A stretch of 56,326 nucleotides of DNA. Source: an uncultured archaeon (lineage in GTDB: Archaea > Halobacteriota > Archaeoglobi > Archaeoglobales > Archaeoglobaceae). Location of the stretch: assembly GCA_964533255.1 (NCBI GenBank), contig CAZHKD010000001.1:1-56326 (forward strand), written 5' to 3'. The number at the start of each line of letters is the position of its first letter. Within the stretch, counting starts at the first letter, position 1. The position numbers were made by a program, and so were the translations under genes. Under the pieces are notes generated by a model. It did not search any database and was not told the origin of the DNA. It saw only the letters and a list, made by a program, of their open reading frames with translations. Positions 43,718 through 49,681 of the stretch are shown piece after piece.

Positions 43718-43860
43718 GGAATAATCCCTCCTACGCTCTGATTTTTCAGGAGAACTCCAAAGTACATCCAGAGCCAAATCACTGCAATCAGCAGAGCCAG
43801 CAGCGACATTACTGCAACCGTTCCAACCGGTTTAAAGGTCTCAGGCGAGATCTCCTCCAT
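43714..43860 (-). CDS. 48-aa single-TM protein, candidate oxidase subunit IIa (CbaD-like); not in ORF track
   Basis: Own translation: MEEISPETFKPVGTVAVMSLLALLIAVIWLWMYFGVLLKNQSVGGIIP. GGGGGGAG sits 3 nt upstream of ATG 43860, and the stop overlaps the subunit II ATG (ATGA). Length, MEE start and TM helix resemble Thermus ba3 subunit IIa, from memory. Confidence 0.55.
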   Translation of the reverse strand: MEEISPETFKPVGTVAVMSLLALLIAVIWLWMYFGVLLKNQSVGGIIP

Positions 43861-43884
43861 TTTCTCCCCCCTTTAATATTTCTC

Positions 43885-43913
43885 TAACCGGTTAGATTTG
43901 AGTCTTACCGGTA
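43885..43913. promoter_or_regulatory. two ACCGGT-core palindromes between TATA box and oxidase operon start
   Basis: TAACCGGTTA (43885-43894) and TACCGGTA (43906-43913) have centres 20 nt apart. On the minus strand they lie downstream of GTTTATAATT (43915-43924) and upstream of ATG 43860. Confidence 0.4.
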
Positions 43914-44215
43914 TGTTTATAATTCTTACGATCCTCGCAGCAAAAGCCTTTTTCCCGAAATCAACATCTAACCTCAACAAATGCCCATCTTCCGGATGGG
44001 GGGCCACGGATAACCAGAGACGATCAGAAAGAGGAACTTCAGGAGCACCAAAGACTGGGGAGGGAGCCACCGTGTGAAGTGTTTCCGGCTATGCCCGGGG
44101 CAGTTCAACGGGTGAAAAGTCATTTCGGATGCTGCAGTTTGAGGACACCCTCAAAACATTTATATACTCCTCTGCCGAATCCTCAAAAACCGAAACTGAA
44201 AAGGAGGAGTTGGAA

Positions 44216-44473
44216 TTGGCTGAGATAACGGAAGTTAGAATATACAAGGCGAAATCTGAAGGAGCTGTAAAGGCGTATGCCTCTGTGAGTTTGGATAACG
44301 AGTTTGTTGTGAAGGGGATTAAGGTTCTGGAAGGAGAAAATGGCCTCTGGGTCAGCATGCCCAGCAGAAAGGGAAAGGATGGGACTTTCCAGGACATCTT
44401 CCATCCGGCTAGCAAGGAGGCCAGGGACAAAATAGTTAATGCTGTGCTGGAAGCGTACAGGCAGCAGGTCTGA
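44216..44473 (+). CDS. spoVG: SpoVG-family protein
   Basis: 85 aa from TTG 44216, with AAGGAGGAG ending 7-8 nt upstream. (M)AEITEVRIYKAKSEGAVKAYASVSLDNEFVVKGIKVLEGENGLWVSMPSRKGKDGTFQDIFHP aligns closely with bacterial SpoVG (MEVTDVRLR...KA.ASIT.D..FVVHDI.V..G..GLFVAMPS). Confidence 0.85.
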   Translation: MAEITEVRIYKAKSEGAVKAYASVSLDNEFVVKGIKVLEGENGLWVSMPSRKGKDGTFQDIFHPASKEARDKIVNAVLEAYRQQV

Positions 44474-44476
44474 GAC

Positions 44477-44508
44477 AGCCTGAAAGGTCGGACAGTTATA
44501 TTCAGGCT
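44477..44508 (+). terminator. hairpin plus T-rich tract after spoVG
   Basis: AGCCTGAA (44477-44484) pairs with TTCAGGCT (44501-44508) across a 16-nt loop, followed by ATTTTAAATTT. Confidence 0.35.
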
Positions 44509-44570
44509 ATTTTAAATTTAATATATTGCCATTAAAAAAATTTATTAACTTTGGCTTTTTCACTTCATTC

Positions 44571-44984
44571 ATGGAAGAAGGTGTCACACGCATCGGCGTC
44601 AGCCTGCCCAAGAACTTGCTAGATGAATTCGACAGCATCATAGAGACCAGAGGATACTCTTCCAGAAGTGAGGCTATCAGGGACGCCATCAGGAGCTACA
44701 TATCTGAGTACAAGTGGATGGAGAAGGAGGAAGGGGAGATAATAGGTGTCGTTAATGTCATTTACGACCACCACATGAAGGGCGTTACAGACGCCCTCAT
44801 AGACCTTCAGCATGAATTCGGAAGGATAATCTCCACCACCCTTCACGTCCACCTGGACAAGGATAGCTGTCTGGAGATGATACTCGTAAAGGGAGAGATG
44901 CGGGAAATCAAGAAACTTGTGGACAAAATAACTGCCCTTAGGGGAGTCATGAACGTGAAGCTGATAACAGCGCTCAAAGAATGA
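44571..44984 (+). CDS. nikR: nickel-responsive regulator NikR
   Basis: 137 aa from ATG 44571. Ribbon-helix-helix ([19 protein letters not shown]...[14 protein letters not shown]) and a C-terminal ACT-like metal-binding domain with H...H...C motifs ([13 protein letters not shown]). Confidence 0.9.
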   Translation: MEEGVTRIGVSLPKNLLDEFDSIIETRGYSSRSEAIRDAIRSYISEYKWMEKEEGEIIGVVNVIYDHHMKGVTDALIDLQHEFGRIISTTLHVHLDKDSCLEMILVKGEMREIKKLVDKITALRGVMNVKLITALKE

Positions 44985-45001
44985 AGACGTGAAGAAATTC
45001 A

Positions 45002-45829
45002 ATGAAGGAATTTAATTTAATCCTCGTAGCCCTCTTTTTCAGCCTTCATCAGGTGGTCATCAGGAAGGGTACTGAGGAGGGCGACCTGAATTCCGGGATA
45101 TTCATAAGTCTGCTAACGAGCTCTGTCATATTTCTAACGCTATCAGTGGGCAGATTTTATTTTGACCGCGCTTTTCTTCTTGTTATGGCTACTGCCGGAG
45201 TCCTCCACTTTCTTGTTGCGAGAACCGCCTTTTACCACAGCATAGACAGGGTTGGAGCAAATGTTGCAGGCCCACTTTCCGCCACGAGGATGTACTTCGC
45301 TGTCCTCTTCGGAGCCATCTTTTTCCAGGAGGAGATAACTGCCAAGATACTCCTGATGACAACCTTAATCTTTACGGGCATATTTCTGCTTTCAAAGCCT
45401 GACAGCATCCGGAGAGACACGGTGGGAATCCTCCTAGGCATCGCAACTGGGCTGGCTGCCAGCTTTTCATCAGTTCTCGTTAAAGCAGGCATGCAGATAT
45501 ACGGAGATGCTGTCTGGGCGTCGGCGATAGGATACACATCCTCCACCATACTTTATGCTGCTCTCATGAGGGGTAAAGCGCTCACTTTCAACAGAAACCA
45601 CATCTATTTTGCTCTGGGCGGCTTGCTGGTAGGGGTGGGACATTATCTGCGTTACGATGCTCTTATGACAGTACCTGTCAGCGTTGTTGAGCCGGTGCTG
45701 AGCATATATCCCCTCTTTACCATACTCCTTAGCTACGCTCTAATCCGGGAGCTCGAATCCTTCTCATCACGTGTGATTGCCGGAGCGGTCTTCATAATTC
45801 TGGGCGTAGATATTTACTTCTTCAGCTGA
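45002..45829 (+). CDS. EamA/DMT-superfamily transporter
   Basis: 275 aa, about 10 TM, with two EamA-like repeats. Confidence 0.85.
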   Translation: MKEFNLILVALFFSLHQVVIRKGTEEGDLNSGIFISLLTSSVIFLTLSVGRFYFDRAFLLVMATAGVLHFLVARTAFYHSIDRVGANVAGPLSATRMYFAVLFGAIFFQEEITAKILLMTTLIFTGIFLLSKPDSIRRDTVGILLGIATGLAASFSSVLVKAGMQIYGDAVWASAIGYTSSTILYAALMRGKALTFNRNHIYFALGGLLVGVGHYLRYDALMTVPVSVVEPVLSIYPLFTILLSYALIRELESFSSRVIAGAVFIILGVDIYFFS

Positions 45830-46371
45830 CTCCATGCATGGAGTACTCGCTGCACGACTGTTAGATGTGAGAGGACCACGAGCAGCAGCAGAGCTTCATA
45901 AATGTAGCCGGTCACCAGTCCGGCGATAATTATCAGAGCCCTCTCCCCCCTCTCGGCAATTCCAACGTCGCACCTCTCAATCACGTTCTCGGCCCTCGCC
46001 CTAGTATAGCTCACCATCAGCGAGCCGAGAAGCGCCAGCGATACCACCAGCCAGTCGAGGCCCGCTATTCCGAAGGCTATCAGAATTGCCGCATCTACGT
46101 ATCTGTCTGCCACGCTATCCAGTATACCTCCAAATCTCGTGACCATTCCGGTGTTTCTTGCTAAAGCACCGTCCAGCAGATCCAGAAATCCGCTGAAAGC
46201 GAGAAGAACGGCACCCACTATAAAATCAGACCTCGCAATAAAAAAAGATGAAAGGATGCCGAGGGAGAGGGCGGTGGCGGTGACGTGATTTGGCCTGACG
46301 CCGATTCTGGATAGGGCGTTCGCCAGCGGGTTGACAAAAGGGGTGATGGAGCCTTTGAGCCTTCCCAGCAT
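45814..46371 (-). CDS. CDP-alcohol phosphatidyltransferase family protein (archaeal lipid head-group synthase type)
   Basis: 185 aa. DLLDGALAR...GGILDSVADR fits D-x2-D-G-x2-A-R...G-x3-D-x3-D. Confidence 0.85.
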   Translation of the reverse strand: MLGRLKGSITPFVNPLANALSRIGVRPNHVTATALSLGILSSFFIARSDFIVGAVLLAFSGFLDLLDGALARNTGMVTRFGGILDSVADRYVDAAILIAFGIAGLDWLVVSLALLGSLMVSYTRARAENVIERCDVGIAERGERALIIIAGLVTGYIYEALLLLVVLSHLTVVQRVLHAWSQLKK

Positions 46372-46401
46372 ATTCAGAAAATTAAGGGGTGGGATATAAA
46401 A

Positions 46402-46974
46402 TTACTTCCAGATTTTGCCTCGATAGTAACCCGTCACCGGACATCCAAGGCAGAGGTTGTTTTCGTAGTAGTCACAGTTCATGCAATCAGGATTGCACGA
46501 TGGGTTCTCACCCTTGTTTACGAAAAGCTTTATCGGCACGACCGTGTCCTTTTCAGCCCTCACTATTATTCCCACTTCAAGATCGTGGACGTCCGGATTT
46601 GGCCTTATGTGCTGATCCACTATGGCCTCCAGAGTTGAGAGGTCTTCGCCTATGAACATTAGGGAGAGGTTCTTGTTCCCCGCAACAATGTATCCGTTAA
46701 GGAAGAATGGACACTTTTCAAAGACCTTTATGAGCTCCCTGGGATACCTGCACTTGATGTCTACCTTTAACACATACAGCCCGGCATTTTTGAGGTTTAT
46801 GCCGTATGTGTGGCTTACTATGCCCATCTCCTTCATCCTCTTTATCCTCGCCCCTACTGATGGCTGCGACAGCCCCACCAGCTTGGCAATCTCGTTTTGC
46901 GATGCGTCTGGGTCGTTCTCCAGTATTTCCAGAATCTTTTTATCCTTTTCATCCAGCTCAAAAACGCCAGTCAT
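46402..46974 (-). CDS. Lrp/AsnC-family regulator with Cys-rich C-terminal extension
   Basis: 190 aa from ATG 46974. HTH (LDEKDKKILEILENDPDASQNEIAKLVGLSQPSVGARIKRM), a RAM-like middle, then CNPDCMNCDYYENNLCLGCP. Confidence 0.8.
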   Translation of the reverse strand: MTGVFELDEKDKKILEILENDPDASQNEIAKLVGLSQPSVGARIKRMKEMGIVSHTYGINLKNAGLYVLKVDIKCRYPRELIKVFEKCPFFLNGYIVAGNKNLSLMFIGEDLSTLEAIVDQHIRPNPDVHDLEVGIIVRAEKDTVVPIKLFVNKGENPSCNPDCMNCDYYENNLCLGCPVTGYYRGKIWK

Positions 46975-47045
46975 ACATTTTCCCCCACTCAAGCACCGGC
47001 ACCAATCTTATAAATAATTAGCGAAATTCGTTGTTTGTTGATAAC

Positions 47046-47063
47046 TTATTTATTGTTAAATAA
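47046..47063. promoter_or_regulatory. AT-rich palindrome (Lrp-box-like) upstream of the Lrp/AsnC gene
   Basis: TTATTTA-ttgt-TAAATAA is a perfect 7-bp inverted repeat upstream of the TATA-like CTTATAAATAATTA (47006-47019) on the minus-strand promoter. Confidence 0.35.
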
Positions 47064-47319
47064 CCCACTATGAGGTGGCATTGCTTCACAGGTATCCGAA
47101 GAAATACGAAATATTGAAATTAAAACCGTGCAGCATTCCGCAATGTGTAAGGGCCTTGCCTGAAGACCGGGTAAATGTCGGGTGAAGCTCTTCAGTGCCC
47201 GATCAGGAGAGCGCTGTCGGATTCAGAATTGTGAGAGAGTAATGAAGGGCGCTTCGTGTTTGTCAGAGGAAAGCATCTCGGAGAACGGGCACGAATCCGG
47301 GTGGCACCATTTTTCGTGA

Positions 47320-47874
47320 TCAATTTTTGATGGTGCCGCATTTTGTGACGATGTGGTTATAGAACATTAGGGGCATTGGCAGTGCCAAGTTTGAATTTGC
47401 TACGCGTATAAGCAGTAAAACATTGTGAAGGCTCGTTAGAGCCAAAACAAGAGAGGAGATAATCGCCCCCAAAATCAATCCGTAATAAACGCCTTTCGCA
47501 AAAGCGCCTGATAATTTTGATATATCTATTTTAATGATGATCATAGAGAACACCATTACAACGGAAAGTTTGAAAAATGCCATTAATGCTGGTGAGGTCT
47601 CAAATAAGTATACAATCGTGGGATTCAGTTCAAAAAACTCTCCACTGCTGAGACCAAGATAGGTTGTGATCAAGTCTGCAATGTTGAATGTATTGAGCAT
47701 CACAGCCAGGAAATAAGCCAATCTTTTATCAGTAATGGTTTTATTGAGCTTTTGCAAGACCCACAGGTCTCTCGTACCAGCATGTGTGTGGTTTTTCCGG
47801 ATTCTTGAGTGACTGCCACATCTCCGGTGTCTGGCTACAGTATCCAAATTCTCTGAGCCAATTACTTTATTCAT
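47320..47874 (-). CDS. DUF5658-like small membrane protein with basic N-terminal region
   Basis: 184 aa. FNIADLITTYLGLSSGEFFELNP resembles the DUF5658 signature (D..T..GL..G..E.NP), and 3-4 TM helices follow. The N-terminal 45 aa are Arg/His-rich. AT-rich gene. Confidence 0.55.
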   Translation of the reverse strand: MNKVIGSENLDTVARHRRCGSHSRIRKNHTHAGTRDLWVLQKLNKTITDKRLAYFLAVMLNTFNIADLITTYLGLSSGEFFELNPTIVYLFETSPALMAFFKLSVVMVFSMIIIKIDISKLSGAFAKGVYYGLILGAIISSLVLALTSLHNVLLLIRVANSNLALPMPLMFYNHIVTKCGTIKN

Positions 47875-47935
47875 ATTTTAGAATTAATTTTTCACCATGT
47901 ATTATCTTAAAGAAAATTAAATGCCAAAATATAGT

Positions 47936-47942
47936 AAAAAAA
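47936..47942 (-). terminator. oligo-T (T7 on minus strand) after KaiC-like gene
   Basis: A7 on the plus strand, 9 nt downstream (minus sense) of the stop at 47951-47953. Suggests the DUF5658-like gene is a separate transcription unit. Confidence 0.45.
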
Positions 47943-47950
47943 GCAAAAGT

Positions 47951-48733
47951 CTATTGATGTATCCTCACAATTCGTGACCCTGACAAATGTCCAGGTAAAA
48001 ACACATCAAGTACCTTTATTCCTGCGTGCGTGATGATGTATTCCCTGACCTCTTTTGAGTGGTTCGTTAACCTCATCTTCACGATTCGCATTAGATTCAC
48101 GACCTCTCCTCTTTCTCTTAAAAGCAGCCGTTTAAGTTCAATAATCCCGTCAAAGAGATGGTCAATCTCGGGAAATCTGTGCCCTAGAAGTACGAGTGCG
48201 GTGGAACCGTTGTTCCTTATGATATTCAGCAGATGGGTAGCTCTACCCAACCTCTCGATGCCTCTCTCACATAGAAGCAGAAATTCAGTTAGAGAGTCTA
48301 TTACAACCACATCCGCAACGTTTTCAGCAAGAGCAGCTGGCAGCTCTTCCAAATAATCAGAGATAATTGTTATTTTGTAATGGGGAGAGTGCTCCTGTCC
48401 GCTGGATAGGGGCCTTTGGGTCGGTATCGGCTCTATTCTAACGGGCAGGAAGTACCTGAACAAGAGCTGCTCAGTTTCAAGATATTTTTTAAAATCCCAC
48501 CCAAAAAAATTAGCTGTATTTAAGAGGGACTCTACACTCTGGCTCGTGGAAATGTAAAGGCAGCTCAGGTTCTGCTGCAGACAGGAATAGGTGAACTGAA
48601 GTGCGGCAATTGTTTTTCCAGTGCCAGATGCACCGAGCAAGGTAACCACATAATCTTTTGGAATTCCCCAATTGAGCATTTCATCAAGGCCTTCTATCCC
48701 CGTTTTAATTTTCTCAGCCGACATCAACATCAC
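47951..48733 (-). CDS. single-domain KaiC-like (RecA-superfamily) ATPase
   Basis: 260 aa. TGIEGLDEMLNWGIPKDYVVTLLGASGTGKTIAALQF (Walker A), VVVIDSLTE (Walker B), STALVLLGH. The GTG/ATG start lies 3 nt after the cytochrome stop. Confidence 0.85.
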   Translation of the reverse strand: MMLMSAEKIKTGIEGLDEMLNWGIPKDYVVTLLGASGTGKTIAALQFTYSCLQQNLSCLYISTSQSVESLLNTANFFGWDFKKYLETEQLLFRYFLPVRIEPIPTQRPLSSGQEHSPHYKITIISDYLEELPAALAENVADVVVIDSLTEFLLLCERGIERLGRATHLLNIIRNNGSTALVLLGHRFPEIDHLFDGIIELKRLLLRERGEVVNLMRIVKMRLTNHSKEVREYIITHAGIKVLDVFLPGHLSGSRIVRIHQ

Positions 48734-48736
48734 CTT

Positions 48737-49201
48737 TCAGTTACTCCCCATCCTCTCAGCCCATTCAACTCTCTCAACAGAAAGGCCAACTGACCATTTA
48801 CCGTCCCCTCCAGGTGCTGCGTCTATGCTGATAACTGTCCTTCTCCTTCCGACTCTCTGAGCTTTAGGGCCAGGGATATGACAGAATTCGCAAGAAGCGA
48901 CGGAGAGATGGGCATAGGCATGGCAGTCAACACATTCCATACTTATGGTCGAATGTGGAGCGATAGCTTCTTCAAAGGGTTTGCGGAATTTAACTGCGTG
49001 ACACGTTCTGCAGTCTTCAGAATCTGCTCTTTCGGGGTCACCCCAGCTTTTATGAGACGGTGATGAATCGAGCTGGTAATATTCATCGGCATGGCAGAAG
49101 CTGCACCTAACCTCACTGTAGGCTGAAACGTGATCGGATGGAATGAACATGGGCAGCAGGGCGCCGGCAAAGGCAATTGCAAAGGTCAAGTACTTGATCA
49201 T
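48737..49201 (-). CDS. secreted or membrane-anchored tetrahaem c-type cytochrome
   Basis: 154 aa. N-terminal signal sequence (MIKYLTFAIAFAGALLPMFIP) and four CxxCH motifs (CSFCH, CRTCH, CVDCH, CEFCH at aa 33, 64, 90, 104), with additional His residues available as distal ligands. Confidence 0.85.
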   Translation of the reverse strand: MIKYLTFAIAFAGALLPMFIPSDHVSAYSEVRCSFCHADEYYQLDSSPSHKSWGDPERADSEDCRTCHAVKFRKPFEEAIAPHSTISMECVDCHAYAHLSVASCEFCHIPGPKAQRVGRRRTVISIDAAPGGDGKWSVGLSVERVEWAERMGSN

Positions 49202-49212
49202 AAACCAGCACC

Positions 49213-49566
49213 TTATCTTTTTAGATTATTTTTTATTTTAGTAGCTAGAATTTCTTTAGTCTCCTCCTTTGCAGACTCTATTACTTCAGAGACATCGAAG
49301 ACATTTTTCAGGTATCTATTGCTTTTAGCGAGGTCAATCAGCCCGATAAGGGCATCTGCAAATGAATCAATGGCTTCATGAGGCAAATTCAGCTTGACCT
49401 GTATGGGATTCCGAAGGCCGTTAAACCAAACTTTCAGGACGACCATATCTGAGCTGGAGCTGTCACGGGGTTCAAGTTCAAAAACAGAGATGTCTTCTAA
49501 GCAGAGGTACGTGTGATTAACTCTGAGGTACGGCATCGTCACCACCTCAGTAATTTTTGTGGCCAT
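49213..49566 (-). CDS. hypothetical protein (117 aa), first gene of the cytochrome/KaiC operon
   Basis: ATG 49566 lies about 24 nt downstream of a TATA-like box, and there are 11 nt (containing GGTG) between its stop and the cytochrome ATG. No family recognised. Predicted beta-rich N-half and helical C-half. Confidence 0.55.
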   Translation of the reverse strand: MATKITEVVTMPYLRVNHTYLCLEDISVFELEPRDSSSSDMVVLKVWFNGLRNPIQVKLNLPHEAIDSFADALIGLIDLAKSNRYLKNVFDVSEVIESAKEETKEILATKIKNNLKR

Positions 49567-49583
49567 TATTGTAATAATAAGGA

Positions 49584-49596
49584 TAATTTAAAAAAT
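49584..49596 (-). promoter_or_regulatory. TATA-like box of the hyp117-cytochrome-KaiC operon
   Basis: ATTTTTTAAATTA (minus-strand sense) is centred about 24 nt upstream of ATG 49566, suggesting a leaderless transcript. Confidence 0.45.
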
Positions 49597-49607
49597 AGTG
49601 CAAATTC

Positions 49608-49650
49608 GTGTTAAGAGACGTTAAAGCACGTTAAAGAAAAAACGTTAATG
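49608..49650 (-). promoter_or_regulatory. array of four phased direct repeats (consensus ACGTTAA(A/T)G)
   Basis: The GTTAA cores begin at 49610, 49620, 49630 and 49644 (spacing 10, 10, 14 nt): gtGTTAAg, acGTTAAag, acGTTAAag, acGTTAAtg. They lie upstream of the TATA box of the operon and immediately downstream of the sensor gene stop. Confidence 0.55.
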
Positions 49651-49681
49651 ACGGGTTCAAAAATGATAAACCTGAATGGAG

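Noticed and set aside
43873-44070. 65-aa minus-strand ORF ending 13 nt upstream of the oxidase operon
   Set aside because: It would run through the TATA box and the palindromic operator of the operon. It has no TM segment, motif or ribosome-binding site and is probably non-coding promoter DNA.
44089-44430. 113-aa minus-strand ORF antisense to spoVG
   Set aside because: The plus-strand SpoVG homology is strong, and the antisense product is featureless.
47266-47273. GAGGAAAG resembling the RNase P RNA CR-I motif
   Set aside because: The following bases diverge from GAGGAAAGUCC. The other conserved RNase P regions are missing or out of order, and the available space (about 260 nt) shows no matching helices.
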